A stretch of DNA of 64,000 bases from Candidatus Binatia bacterium (lineage in GTDB: Bacteria; Desulfobacterota; Binatia; Bin18). A program made the translations under genes and the position numbers. The DNA is taken from contig OY761159.2 in assembly GCA_963664395.2 (NCBI GenBank), positions 896,001-960,000 of the forward strand, read 5' to 3'. The notes beneath the pieces are model-generated. The model was not told the origin of the DNA and made no database searches. It saw only the letters and a program-made list of their open reading frames with translations. Shown here piece by piece: positions 18,787-29,094 of this stretch (its first letter is position 1; each line of letters begins with the position of its first letter).

Positions 18787-19173
18787 TTAATGCGTTGGCA
18801 GCGGAGAAAAATGGGCGCTGACGATTTTCCATTGACCGCCCTCTTTGCCAAAGACCAAGGTGGTCCGTCCGTTCAGCGTTTGCACGTTACCGTCCTTCCC
18901 CACTGCGGTGAAAGTGTCATAGCCATTTGCCACCCCTGCACTCTCCCCAATTGTCCGGCAGGACAGTTGGCGCAGGCCCGCGCTCGCTGAGACAATACCT
19001 TCCATTGCGCCCCGCAAAAAATCAGCGAACTCCGGCTTGCTGTCAAACCGATATGGAACGTGATCAATCACCTCGAGGTTCTCGGACAGCATGTCGATAG
19101 CCTCTTGTACGTTTAATTGAGTAAAGGCGTCAAAGAAGCCCCTGGCCGCGGCTTCGATTTCTTGTACACTCAT
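18787..19173 (-). CDS. NTF2/SnoaL-like (DUF4440-type) protein
   Basis: C-terminal GRTTLVF..EGGQWKIVSAHFS; GGAGG before ATG at 19173. Confidence 0.8.
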   Translation of the reverse strand: MSVQEIEAAARGFFDAFTQLNVQEAIDMLSENLEVIDHVPYRFDSKPEFADFLRGAMEGIVSASAGLRQLSCRTIGESAGVANGYDTFTAVGKDGNVQTLNGRTTLVFGKEGGQWKIVSAHFSPLPTH

Positions 19174-19371
19174 AATCTGGTCCCTCCTGTATAGATTATA
19201 CTTGCCCGTCTGCTTAGCGGGACTGGGAAAGGGATGCAAGCCGGCCCGACCGTTACAGGGGCAGCGGTTGCGGAATTATACTTTCTCAGGCAGAAAGGCT
19301 CGGTAACGAAGACCCGTAGTATCCCGGCTCCGGAGGGGATGTTGGGCTGGGTTTTTCTCAGGGGAGACAGC

Positions 19372-20643
19372 GTGACAAGTATTTTTCGTGGAGGGGGTTT
19401 CCTCCTATGCTGGCTTGTGTCCTGTGTCGTTTTCGGGGCCTTTGCCCCGGTTGCCCAGGCTCAAGAGAACGGACAGGAGCGCATTCTTGCGGACTTTTTC
19501 CCCTACCGGGAAGGGCCGCTGCAGGTGGAGGGTATCCCGCCCGGCCTGAAAATTGATGCCACGAACGCCGCAGTCGCCTCTGCGGTCTTGCCGCCGGAGA
19601 TTCTGACCTATCTGGCGGCGGGTGATTTTTCGATCACGGTGCAGGAGACCACGGACCTGCGGCTCCGACAGACATTTATTGACGCCACGCTCCAACACCA
19701 TAGCGGGGTGGTGGTCGGAGAGGGCGAACTCCAGAACTATGTGGCTGGTCGGCCTTTTCCCGTGCTCCAGGCGGACGACCCGCAGGCCGGGCTGAAAGCT
19801 ATCTGGAATCTGCGCTACCGCGACCAGGGCGATAACGCGCAAATGTGGGCGACGAATAGTCTGGTCAACAGTAGTGGCAATACGGAACGCTCGCAGAGTT
19901 TTGCGTTTTCCTCGCTCTACGGCATGCATCGCTCCGACAGCGCAAAGAATATCCCGCAGTGGGAGAAGCAAGGGGTCTACTCCAAACAATACACCCGTAT
20001 GCTGGCGCCGTCGGACAGTGAGGGGAACCAAATCCTCGGCGTGACACCTGACAGAGATATCCTGCCACAGGATCAATGGGCCTATGATCCAAAGACGCGC
20101 CGCACCCGGAAGATTGTCTACACTCCATATATCTCGCCTGGGCGGGGAGTGTTGCTCATCGAGGATCGCTCAGGTTTCCTGGGGTATATTCACGACTATG
20201 ACTGGAGATATCTGCGCGAGCAGACTGTCTTGACCCCTGGGCCGATCCGAGCGACCGCACCCACCTGGGGCGGGAGAGGCAATTGGTATCTGGTTGACCC
20301 CTGGGAGCTGCGGCGGGCAGCGGTCGTTGAGGCAACGCCCAGGATTTCTCATCCGCTCTATAGCCGGCGTGTCATCTATATCGATGTCCAGACCTCTCTG
20401 CCCTTATACGCCTTCACGTACGATCATGACGGCAATCACAAACGGACCTTTCTCCTCACCGCCCGGCATCCCGAGTTCAATCCGTGGGACAATGATGCCT
20501 GGGTGGCTCAAATTGCCGCCCAGGCATCGATTGATTATCAGCTTGAGCGGGCCAATAATTTTCAAATAACGAAGATCCTGCTCAATCGGACCCTCCCCCC
20601 GAGTCAGTTCACTGTCATGACGCTCATGTTGCGGGGCAAATAA
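19372..20643 (+). CDS. DUF1329-family exported protein
   Basis: Signal peptide; KIDATNAA, YVAGRPFP...DPQAGLKAIWN, HPLYSRRVIYID; start uncertain (GTG at 19372). Confidence 0.8.
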   Translation: MTSIFRGGGFLLCWLVSCVVFGAFAPVAQAQENGQERILADFFPYREGPLQVEGIPPGLKIDATNAAVASAVLPPEILTYLAAGDFSITVQETTDLRLRQTFIDATLQHHSGVVVGEGELQNYVAGRPFPVLQADDPQAGLKAIWNLRYRDQGDNAQMWATNSLVNSSGNTERSQSFAFSSLYGMHRSDSAKNIPQWEKQGVYSKQYTRMLAPSDSEGNQILGVTPDRDILPQDQWAYDPKTRRTRKIVYTPYISPGRGVLLIEDRSGFLGYIHDYDWRYLREQTVLTPGPIRATAPTWGGRGNWYLVDPWELRRAAVVEATPRISHPLYSRRVIYIDVQTSLPLYAFTYDHDGNHKRTFLLTARHPEFNPWDNDAWVAQIAAQASIDYQLERANNFQITKILLNRTLPPSQFTVMTLMLRGK

Positions 20644-20697
20644 GGCACAAGTAAGGCAGCGGAAATCCATATTCCGAAATCCATATAGAGAGTTGAC

Positions 20698-22482
20698 ATG
20701 AATGTCTGTCCGCTGAGAAAAAGATGGCTGTGGGTCGGCCTGCTTGTTGGAGGCTTGCTGGGTCTTCAGGCCGGGCCGGCCTGGGCAATTTTTCTTGATA
20801 CGGACGAAAGCCTGCGTTTCAGCGGCCGGGTGTACAACCGCACCGCCCTTTCAGTCGAGCGGGCGTCGGATAATACGCGTCTCCAGACTCCGTATAACGA
20901 CTGGAACATGCTCCAGAATCGGACGTTGATCCAGGGCGAGTTGAGTCACGACCTCACCCGTCTGGTTGCAGGTAACGCGACCGGCGTCCTGGCACCGCTG
21001 CAAGCGCTCTTCGCACCGTTGCGTGTGCTGGAAGCGGATACCCTCGACTACTTTGTGACCTACCGGGGGGAATACGACGGGGTGTGGGACTATGGCCCGG
21101 CTGTTTTTCGTGAACGCTTTCCGCTTCTGACCGATTGCGGGACGCCGACCAAGGCCAAGCACTCACACCCCAGACGCTTTGCCGACTGTCGTCATGCGGA
21201 CCCGCGGCAACGCCTGCGTCATCGTCACCGCTTGTTTGAAGCCTATGTGAACTATGCTCATGGGCCCCTCTTCCTGCGGATCGGACGCCAGAACCTGTCG
21301 TGGGGTGAGACCGATGTCTTTCGCCTCCTGGATCAGATTAATCCACTCGACGCGGGCTTTGGCGGTTTTCTCATCTCGCTGGACGAGCGGCGTGTCCCGC
21401 TTGATATGGCCCGGGTTGTCTATGGCTTCGGCGGGGTGGGTCCGCTGTCCGAGCTCAACCTCGAAGGCTTTATGGTCTTTGACGATAAAATCGCCGCGCC
21501 GGTTCCCACCGGCTCTCCCTGGTCAACGCCGAATACCCCAGGTGTTCCGGGGCGCATCAAAAAGCCGTCAAAGAATTTTGTAGACGCGCGGGGCGGAGGT
21601 CGTCTTGTCGGCGTGTGGGGCGAGTTCATGTTCAGTCTGGCCCACTACGCCACCTACCTGGATACGCCCACGCTACGCATTGTGACGCCGACCAATCGGC
21701 CGCTCAACCTGGGCGCTTTTGAGACAGCCGTACAGGCGGATGAGACGGCACGTTTTTTAGCCGATAATTTCCAGGCGCATGTCCTGTATCCGAAAGTCCA
21801 GATTAGTGGCGGTACGCTCACTTTTAGTGTGCCGCGCTTCTCTTCCATCATTCGGAGTGAGTTTGCCTATTTTCACGATGAGCCATTTTTTCACAATTCC
21901 GCATCGGATCAGATTTTAGGCCCGGCGCTGACTGGTGACATAACGCCCGGATATCAGCAGGTCGGCACCGACCCCGGAACCGGCCAGGCCCGCTTACGTT
22001 ACCGGAGCAAGGCCAGCCGGTCCGACGTGGTGCGCTGGTCTCTCGGTATTGATATCACGCGTTACATCAGTCTCTTGAACCCGAACCAATCTTTCCTGAT
22101 CAGCAGCCAGATTTTTGGCAGGCACATCCTGGATTTCAATGACACACCAGTCTCCGACGTATCCGACTCGTTTGGTTTCGGGCATTTTGCGGCTCCAATC
22201 AAAGACCCCAATCGGGACAATAATACCTTTGTGAATATTGATCAGCATCAGTTTATTCAAACCCTTTTGGTCTCAACTGCGTATTTCTCGGGTGCCGTCG
22301 AGCCCAAGCTGATCTTTTTGTATGACTGGCAAGGCTCATGGCTGGTCCAGCCGGGCCTCACCTTTATCCGCGATCCGTTTCGTCTGACCGTGCAGTACAA
22401 CTATATGGACGGTCAGTATAACGGCATTGGATTTTTGCGTGACCGGGATAATGTGATCATTCAGTTAGAGGCGGTTATTTGA
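20698..22482 (+). CDS. DUF1302-family outer-membrane beta-barrel protein
   Basis: Signal peptide; LFEAYV..LRIGRQNLSWGETD.FRLLDQINPLD; ends RDRDNVIIQLEAVI; paired with the DUF1329 gene. Confidence 0.8.
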   Translation: MNVCPLRKRWLWVGLLVGGLLGLQAGPAWAIFLDTDESLRFSGRVYNRTALSVERASDNTRLQTPYNDWNMLQNRTLIQGELSHDLTRLVAGNATGVLAPLQALFAPLRVLEADTLDYFVTYRGEYDGVWDYGPAVFRERFPLLTDCGTPTKAKHSHPRRFADCRHADPRQRLRHRHRLFEAYVNYAHGPLFLRIGRQNLSWGETDVFRLLDQINPLDAGFGGFLISLDERRVPLDMARVVYGFGGVGPLSELNLEGFMVFDDKIAAPVPTGSPWSTPNTPGVPGRIKKPSKNFVDARGGGRLVGVWGEFMFSLAHYATYLDTPTLRIVTPTNRPLNLGAFETAVQADETARFLADNFQAHVLYPKVQISGGTLTFSVPRFSSIIRSEFAYFHDEPFFHNSASDQILGPALTGDITPGYQQVGTDPGTGQARLRYRSKASRSDVVRWSLGIDITRYISLLNPNQSFLISSQIFGRHILDFNDTPVSDVSDSFGFGHFAAPIKDPNRDNNTFVNIDQHQFIQTLLVSTAYFSGAVEPKLIFLYDWQGSWLVQPGLTFIRDPFRLTVQYNYMDGQYNGIGFLRDRDNVIIQLEAVI

Positions 22483-22514
22483 TCCCTCTTTCTCGGATGA
22501 GGCCCCGACCTGAC

Positions 22515-22590
22515 GTGGTTCCCTCCGATGCTGGCCTGTTGCCCTTCCGTGCACTTGACGACGCTCTCGGACTGACCGCTAGCATGACTG
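22515..22590 (+). pseudogene. IS1380-family transposase N-terminal fragment
   Basis: Translates to SDAGLLPFRALDDALGLTA, resembling the IS1380 N-terminal motif. Confidence 0.6.
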
Positions 22591-22669
22591 AAGCGGACCT
22601 CGGTCTCAAGAGCATTCCACACAATCCGCTGTTATTTGGCATCCTGCACTGGAAGAATGCCGCCTATCC

Positions 22670-23090
22670 CTACCACGTCATCCTCTTCTCCGACCTGGGG
22701 GCCAGGATGTCCGGGTCGTCGTTGCCGACGTTGTTCACCCTGGTACTGATGGGGCACTGCTCGTAGGGGCCAGCATAGGGTTCACGCACCAGGTCGAGGA
22801 GCCACGGCACCGGCAATGATGGATTGAGCCGACCGGCAAAAAAGGCGGGGTCCACTATCGCCGGCTGTCGGTGCTGGATGTCGGTAAGCCCCGGGGAGGT
22901 CGCGATGGTAATGATGGTGAAGGATTCGAGGGATTCTCCGTCCTTGCCCAACGCTCCCACAACGCGGCGAACGACAGGGGCGATCCGTCCGCAAGCGCCA
23001 GAAAGTAGGGCTGTTTGCCGTGTCCGGTCTAGGTCCACTCAAACCAACCGTATGCCAGCACCAGGCATCGACGTGAGCGGAAGGCGACAC
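22670..23090 (-). pseudogene. SOS response-associated peptidase (SRAP/YedK) pseudogene, 5'-truncated
   Basis: AFRSRRCLVLAYGWFEWT*TGHGKQPYFL..PLSFAALWERW, then a frameshift, then ESFTIIT..HRQPAIV..ISTRVNNVGNDDP. Confidence 0.8.
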
Positions 23091-23107
23091 CGTGCGCCGG
23101 CATACCA

Positions 23108-25036
23108 TCAGTCCATGTCGAATTCACTCAAATCGACGCCGATGGTTTTCGCTTTACGCTTGAGAAGCCAAGTCAAGCACCGATTCTTCACCCACTCGTG
23201 GAGGTGTCTTACATTGGAGCCAACCACGAGATTCGCCAGCGTCAGTAGGGCTAACGCTATCATAGAGCCCCCGGTGAGACCCCAGACGGTGATTGGAGCG
23301 GTTGAACGTAGTCCTAATCCAGCGAATAAGCCAACCACGAGAATAATCCCAGTGATTCCTGAGAAAATCCAAGCCAAGACCCTTGCGTTACGGAGGCACT
23401 GCCAATAAATATTTCTCATTATCTCCTGATTGTGAATCCGCTGGGACTTGAGCGTATCCCGAGTTTTCTGGTGCGCCTCCTGCTCCTCCGTAAGCCTCTC
23501 AGACTCCTCTTTTCTGATCGCTTTGGACACGTATTCGAGAGTCTGTATGACCGTCTCTGTTGTAAGAGCAGTATCCTCACCGAGCGTGAGGTGCATGAGT
23601 TCGGAATATACCAGAGGACTGCTTCTAAGAAGCTGATGGTCACGCGCAGTAATGTCTCCTCGATTCTCAAGTCTATTTATCTCTGTCATAAACTTGCCCA
23701 ACAACTCACTAGAGGGCTCAAGCGCGGCGTAGGAAAGTGCAAGTAGTTGACTTTTCGGTATCGCAAGCGCCCCCATGGGCGCTTTCAGCCACGCCATATT
23801 CGCTAGGCTGAAGTCGGAAATCACGACTGATACGTCTTGTGATGACTCGTGCTGCTTGCCGTACTCCCAAGCTGCTCTGGCAAATGCAGTGTTGCTTGTT
23901 ACGAAAACGGCTCGGGCCTTTTCAAGAGAAGGCGCAAGTCTATTCCCTCTGATAGCGTAGATACTGCGAACGGAATTGATGTCATATTCCTTGGCCCGCG
24001 GGTTGAGATACGACACCTCTTCTTCAAGGATCTGTTCGAAGACCGTCTCATCAATTTGAAGAGCTCCGGTATAACGAGGAGTATCCTCTATCCCGATACC
24101 GGCCTCGCCAAGTTTGTCGTCTATCGATTCTGCGAGAAGCAGTAGATCCGACTTTGTTGTGCCACGCTTCCTCGCCTCATGGACGATAGGTGCGCGAGCA
24201 TCAGATGAATCCAGGTGAGCGGCGGCACTATGCAACACACCGTAAAGTTCCTGCCGGGAATGGGAAAACGCCGCGACCTTGCTTTCCAATTTACCCAGAA
24301 GATCGATCAATTCGTGCAATGCGGATTGTCTGGATTCGCCCTCAAGGCCTAGTCCTTGGATGAGCAGAGGTGTATCGAGGTAGAATGTCATTTTCTTATA
24401 GGTCTGGGAGGCGTTGTCGAGGTCAGGACACACTAGAGCATTGGCTAGCATATGACCTTGCACCAAGATCAGGAAGCTGTCGAACTGTTCCGGATCGGTC
24501 CGCTGCACGTGTTGGACATATTCACTGACTAGTACAATATCGGTCTGGTGGGTTCCCTCAATCCGAGGAATAGCCGTCCCTTGCAAGTATGCACGCAGGC
24601 ATGTGACGTCGAACCTTGCAAGGAACGCACATATGGCCAGAACAGCATCCTCGGGGCTAGAGATCGGTTTGGCTCCATCTTGCGAGAACTGCTGCAGCCC
24701 CGATACTACAGTGTCGATGTGGTGCTGTGCTTCGATCTGCCTGGCGGTAATTTGGGGATCAGGCAAGTCACCTGTTATCCGATATACATGGTCCTTCCTC
24801 TCGATGGCGTGGTTCCTGGAGATACGTTTCAACACTATCTCGACAGTTCGTTTAGGAATCTCCAACCCGAACTGTTCGCGTATGTGGTTGCTGACAACAT
24901 CATTTGTAATAGGGTCAGGTCTGTGATCCACCAGAACTTGAAGAATGAAAGGCCGAAGGTAATCAAGGTAGTTTCTACCCTGATCTACGGTGACTTTCAG
25001 AATCGCCAGACTGGTAAGTGTGGCCGTTGATATCAT
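23108..25036 (-). CDS. 642-aa hypothetical protein: wHTH-like N-terminus, PIN-like core, coiled coil, two C-terminal TM helices; candidate defence protein
   Basis: FYLDTPLLI and AVFVTSN motifs; hydrophobic C-terminus; lower GC than flanking genes. Confidence 0.7.
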   Translation of the reverse strand: MISTATLTSLAILKVTVDQGRNYLDYLRPFILQVLVDHRPDPITNDVVSNHIREQFGLEIPKRTVEIVLKRISRNHAIERKDHVYRITGDLPDPQITARQIEAQHHIDTVVSGLQQFSQDGAKPISSPEDAVLAICAFLARFDVTCLRAYLQGTAIPRIEGTHQTDIVLVSEYVQHVQRTDPEQFDSFLILVQGHMLANALVCPDLDNASQTYKKMTFYLDTPLLIQGLGLEGESRQSALHELIDLLGKLESKVAAFSHSRQELYGVLHSAAAHLDSSDARAPIVHEARKRGTTKSDLLLLAESIDDKLGEAGIGIEDTPRYTGALQIDETVFEQILEEEVSYLNPRAKEYDINSVRSIYAIRGNRLAPSLEKARAVFVTSNTAFARAAWEYGKQHESSQDVSVVISDFSLANMAWLKAPMGALAIPKSQLLALSYAALEPSSELLGKFMTEINRLENRGDITARDHQLLRSSPLVYSELMHLTLGEDTALTTETVIQTLEYVSKAIRKEESERLTEEQEAHQKTRDTLKSQRIHNQEIMRNIYWQCLRNARVLAWIFSGITGIILVVGLFAGLGLRSTAPITVWGLTGGSMIALALLTLANLVVGSNVRHLHEWVKNRCLTWLLKRKAKTIGVDLSEFDMD

Positions 25037-25055
25037 TTGCCTCCCTCAAGCAGGG

Positions 25056-25355
25056 TCATTTGTCATTTCCCGGCCCTTTACTTTTAGATATCCCGACACG
25101 ACCTCGGTCGCCCAGCCCGAGGTCATTCAGAATCTGCTGCAGATCCGTCTCCATGTTCTGTGTAAACTGCGAGCTGCCGCTCACTGAGAACTCGATGCCG
25201 ACCCTGAGGTCATCTCCAGACCATAATTTGGGCAATATCTTGGTTCCGAGCCGGTTCCAGACTTCGGTGGGCACTGTGCCAACAAGGAGAAGTGTTGCTT
25301 TCCGATTTCCCGGGCTCGGTTCGGGACCGGGTTCTGGTTCAGGCTTTGGGTAAGG
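25056..25355 (-). pseudogene. 3' remnant of a probable DUF499-type AAA+ ATPase gene
   Basis: PKPEPEPGPEP linker then LVGTVPTEVWNRLGTKILPKL.SGDDLRVGIEFSVS..ETDLQQILNDLGL; family recalled from memory. Confidence 0.55.
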
Positions 25356-25639
25356 TCCTGGACCTGTCCTTCGCGGATGGACACTTCAACACTCAACGTT
25401 GCCTCCCCGTTCTCAGCCATTCTTATTGGTCTCGCTTTTTTGCTGTCTTGCTCGGCGAACTGGAAAGCCCTTCAAGCGACCCAACGGTAGGCAGACTCTT
25501 TGGCTACCCTCGAAGAGAGGCCACGGGTAGCCAGAGAGTCCGCCAGCAAAACATATGGAAGTCGACTCTCTTGGTCAATTCAAGGTTGCCGCAGTTGGAA
25601 TTAGGATACGCCAGGAAAGGCATACTCTTGTTTTCGCCT

Positions 25640-26092
25640 TTACGCTTCAAGGTCCAGTGGATCGAGTGCGTTGGCATCTCCGCGACGCATGCGCTCCAGA
25701 CCATCTGCGCCGATGTCACAATACAGCTCGAACTGATTGCCTTCGGGATCAAGAAAATAGATGCTCTTGGTGATGCCGTGGTCAATCGTGGCGGTGATCT
25801 TCACGTCGTGGGCTTTGAGCGTCTGATAACCCTCTTTCAACTCGTCAAAGCTCCCGACCTGGAGGGCGACGTGGTGCAGGCCGACTTGCTTGTTTTTCAC
25901 CGGCTCGGCTTCCGGCGGCACTTCCAGGACGGCCAGGTCGTGATGTTGCTCACCCAGGGTGAAGAACACGCCCCGTGGCCGTTTGAGCCGGGTGACAACC
26001 TCGAAGCCCAGCACCTCGGTATAAAACTGCTCGGCGCGGACGAGGTCACACGCTTTGAGCACGACATGGCCGACTTTTTTGGGGCGAATCAT
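25640..26092 (-). CDS. VOC/glyoxalase family protein
   Basis: VGHVVL, HHDLAV, GLHHVAL, SIYFLDPEGNQFELY. Confidence 0.9.
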   Translation of the reverse strand: MIRPKKVGHVVLKACDLVRAEQFYTEVLGFEVVTRLKRPRGVFFTLGEQHHDLAVLEVPPEAEPVKNKQVGLHHVALQVGSFDELKEGYQTLKAHDVKITATIDHGITKSIYFLDPEGNQFELYCDIGADGLERMRRGDANALDPLDLEA

Positions 26093-26222
26093 GGCAGGTC
26101 CTCCTTTCCTCCATACGCCCCCATACCACGGCTATCCCAATACCGTAAAGCTGGTATCGGAGGCTGCGGTTGACACAGGACAAAACCCCACGGTATGCCC
26201 AGTGCAGAAGGAGGGAATACTC

Positions 26223-26524
26223 ATGGAAATAAATGTCACTGGTGGATATGTGTCGGCTGACGGCCATGTGGTCGAGCCCGCAGACTTATGGACAACCCGG
26301 ATGGATAAGCGCTTTCGTGATTTGAGGATGATCGGGCGGGCATTCTGACGCGGGAACTCATTGGCGTTGAGCGTTTGATGTGGGGTTCTGATTATCCGCA
26401 CACCGAGGGTACGTTTCCGTATTCTCAGGAGCAGATCATGAAAGACTTGCTCGGCGTACCTGAAGACGAAGCCTATAAGATGGTAGCCGGCAATGCGGCG
26501 AGTCTGTACGGTTTGAGTGCCTAG
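26223..26524 (+). pseudogene. Amidohydrolase-2 pseudogene with a large internal deletion
   Basis: N-terminal VSADGHVVEPADLW joined out of frame to C-terminal FEDDRAG..MWGSDYPHTEGTFP..GNAASLYGL. Confidence 0.85.
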
Positions 26525-26591
26525 AGATGGGGGCGGGGATGCTCCCCATATGAGCGGGGTGTCCCTCAGGGAACATAGAGAGGAGAGCGTA

Positions 26592-27248
26592 ATGGCAGAA
26601 GCAGGAGAAGCTGGAATTTTTGAAATTATGTATTCGACCCGTGCAATGCGGCGACTCAAACCCGACCCCATTCCGGAAGAAACCCTCAAGAAAATTGTTG
26701 ACGCCGGCATCCGGGCGCCTAGCGGCGGCAATATGCAGGACTGGGCGTTCATCCTGGTACGCGAGACCGAGCGGAAACGTTTTATCCGCGACTATTACTG
26801 GAACACCTGGCAGAAGCTCATGGGTGAGCGTGGTATCCCGGATGATATGCCCCCACCTCAGCAACGTATGCTTGGCGCGGCGGCCCATTTGGCAGCGCAT
26901 TTGGACGAAGCGCCGGTTCTGCTCCTGGCCTGCACCAAAACGGAATATCTCCCCCTTGCCGCTATGAAGAGTGAACGGGCGAATGCCGCGGTCATACACG
27001 GCACGATCTATCCGGCGGTTCAAAATATTCTGCTCGCCTGTCGTGCCCTGGGCGTTGGGGCAACACTGACGACCATCCATTGTCTCTTTGAAGAAGAACT
27101 TAAACAGAAGTTCAACATCCCGGCGGACATGGAAGTCTCGGCGCTGATTCCGATGGGCTATCCGCAAGGCAACTTCGGCCCGGTCTCACGAGCGCCAGTG
27201 GAAGAAGTCATCCATTGGGACGATTGGGACAACAAGCAGAGCGCCTGA
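26592..27248 (+). CDS. Nitroreductase family protein
   Basis: RAMRRLKPDPIP, APSGGNMQDW, YPAVQNILLACRALGVG, IPMGYP. Confidence 0.9.
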   Translation: MAEAGEAGIFEIMYSTRAMRRLKPDPIPEETLKKIVDAGIRAPSGGNMQDWAFILVRETERKRFIRDYYWNTWQKLMGERGIPDDMPPPQQRMLGAAAHLAAHLDEAPVLLLACTKTEYLPLAAMKSERANAAVIHGTIYPAVQNILLACRALGVGATLTTIHCLFEEELKQKFNIPADMEVSALIPMGYPQGNFGPVSRAPVEEVIHWDDWDNKQSA

Positions 27249-27277
27249 CACCCCGCACGCGAGAAAAGGAGGGACCC

Positions 27278-27676
27278 ATGGGAGCTGCTGAAAACAAACA
27301 AGTAATCCAAGCGGCCTTTGATGCCTGGGCCGGTGGGGACGGGGCGGCATTCTTTAATACCTTAGCCGAGGATGTCCAATGGACGGTCATTGGCACCAGT
27401 CCCGTCTCGCGCACCTACACCAGCCGTCAGGCATTTTTAGACGGAGCGGCCAAGCCCTTGAACGCCAAGCTGGCCGGGCCCATTCAGCCGACGGTGGTCA
27501 ATATCATTGCCGAAGGGGACAACGTCGTCCTGCAGTGGGAAGGCAAGGCCACGACCAAAGCCGGTGCACCCTATAACAACAGCTATTGTTGGGTGATGCG
27601 GCTCGCGGACGGCAAGGTGCGGGAAGGCACGGCCTATATTGATACGGCGCTGGTGGCTGACTTGTGGCAGTCATAG
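27278..27676 (+). CDS. SnoaL/ketosteroid isomerase-like NTF2 protein
   Basis: LAEDVQWTVIG, IAEGDNVVLQW, YNNSYCWV; AGGAGG ribosome-binding site. Confidence 0.85.
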   Translation: MGAAENKQVIQAAFDAWAGGDGAAFFNTLAEDVQWTVIGTSPVSRTYTSRQAFLDGAAKPLNAKLAGPIQPTVVNIIAEGDNVVLQWEGKATTKAGAPYNNSYCWVMRLADGKVREGTAYIDTALVADLWQS

Positions 27677-27705
27677 CCAGTGTCCGAATTTGTCTCTATA
27701 GGCGT

Positions 27706-28896
27706 TCAGGCCCAAATCGCGTCGTCATCCATCAGCGGGATGCCAAAGGCCGCCTTGCCCAACAGCTCTAAGGTCTGGTCTGACCCAACGGGATGAAACA
27801 GGGCGGCCCGTACGTCGCGGTAATACCGCTCCAAAGGGAACCGCTTAAAATACGAGGCTCCCCCAACAGCTCGTAAGGCCAGATCGACTACCCGGACCGC
27901 ATTCTCCATCGCAACGGTGCGCGCCGCTACGCTTTTGCGTACCCACGTCTGCGGGTCTTCGATGTCCGCCTCGGCTGCGGCCTTCCACACTATGGCGCGG
28001 GCGCTCTCGATCAGCAGGTCCATCTCGCCGACCTTGTTATACACGCTGGGCAGATGACTCATGGGGGTTTTGAGCGGAAAGCGAGGACGGTCACGCATGA
28101 ATTCGACCACGAAATCTCGCGCGGCAACGGCAATGCCGAGGTAGGGCGCGGCAATTGTAAACGGTGCTCTGAGAAAAAGATTCGTAATTCCGCCACGGGT
28201 AAAAGCTGGCCGTTGCAGTGTCACGGCCGACTCTGGAACAAATGCCTGGGTGAGGGTGGTACTCCGTGACGCCGTTGCGCGCATCCCCAGGGTATACCAG
28301 TCGTCCTTGAAGATAAGACCCGGCGTGTCAGGCAGGATGAGGAAGGAGATAATGGTTTCCCCTTCAGGACCGTCTTGCCACAACGCTTCGCTGAAATAGC
28401 GGTCCAGCGCAATACTTTGGGTACTAAAGATTTTCCGGCCACTGACCTGCCAGCCACCGTCTACCCGTTCCGCAACAGCCCGAGGTCGTAAAACAGGAAT
28501 GGCATTATCCGGCTCAGACGCCGAACCACCGCAGATCAACCGCTCACGGGCAATGCCCCGCAGGATATCGGCCCGTTTGGAATCGTGGAACCTGCGCCAT
28601 AAATCGACCAGCAGGCCAATAACATTAAAGTGCATGTTAATAGCCAGGGCAGTCGGCGCACAGCCTTGGCCCAGCCGTTCCTGGGCCTTGATCCGTTCCA
28701 ACAGACTCGCGCCACCTCCTCCCAGCTCTTCGGGGATAGTCATGACGGTGTAGCCGCTCTCCTTGAGACGAGCGTAGTTTTCGTACGGAAAAGACCCCTC
28801 CTCATCATGCTGGGCCGCACGTTGGGCAAAGTCATCGGCCAGTGATGCCGCAAGGTCAATAAAGCGTTGCTCGCGTGGTGTATGGAACTGATTCAT
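27706..28896 (-). CDS. Acyl-CoA dehydrogenase family protein
   Basis: IPEELGGGG, VSGRKIFST, WYTLGMRATAS, LERYYRDVR. Confidence 0.9.
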   Translation of the reverse strand: MNQFHTPREQRFIDLAASLADDFAQRAAQHDEEGSFPYENYARLKESGYTVMTIPEELGGGGASLLERIKAQERLGQGCAPTALAINMHFNVIGLLVDLWRRFHDSKRADILRGIARERLICGGSASEPDNAIPVLRPRAVAERVDGGWQVSGRKIFSTQSIALDRYFSEALWQDGPEGETIISFLILPDTPGLIFKDDWYTLGMRATASRSTTLTQAFVPESAVTLQRPAFTRGGITNLFLRAPFTIAAPYLGIAVAARDFVVEFMRDRPRFPLKTPMSHLPSVYNKVGEMDLLIESARAIVWKAAAEADIEDPQTWVRKSVAARTVAMENAVRVVDLALRAVGGASYFKRFPLERYYRDVRAALFHPVGSDQTLELLGKAAFGIPLMDDDAIWA

Positions 28897-28924
28897 GGCT
28901 GTCCCCTTCCGTATGGCGGTCTGA

Positions 28925-28960
28925 GCGAATCTGGCGAATCTGGCGAATCTGGCGAATCTG
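28925..28960. repeat. 9-bp tandem repeat (GCGAATCTG)x4
   Basis: Read directly; lies in the divergent promoter region. Confidence 0.95.
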
Positions 28961-29094
28961 TTTGTTCGGTGCCACACTCTACCAGCCTCAGTCCCGGCTT
29001 TGCCATATGTGACCGCCTCTTGTATTCTTGGCGATTCTCACGGAAAAGGTCTCAAAAGAGGAATATTGTACCGGAGAGAAAAGGAGGCGGGATA

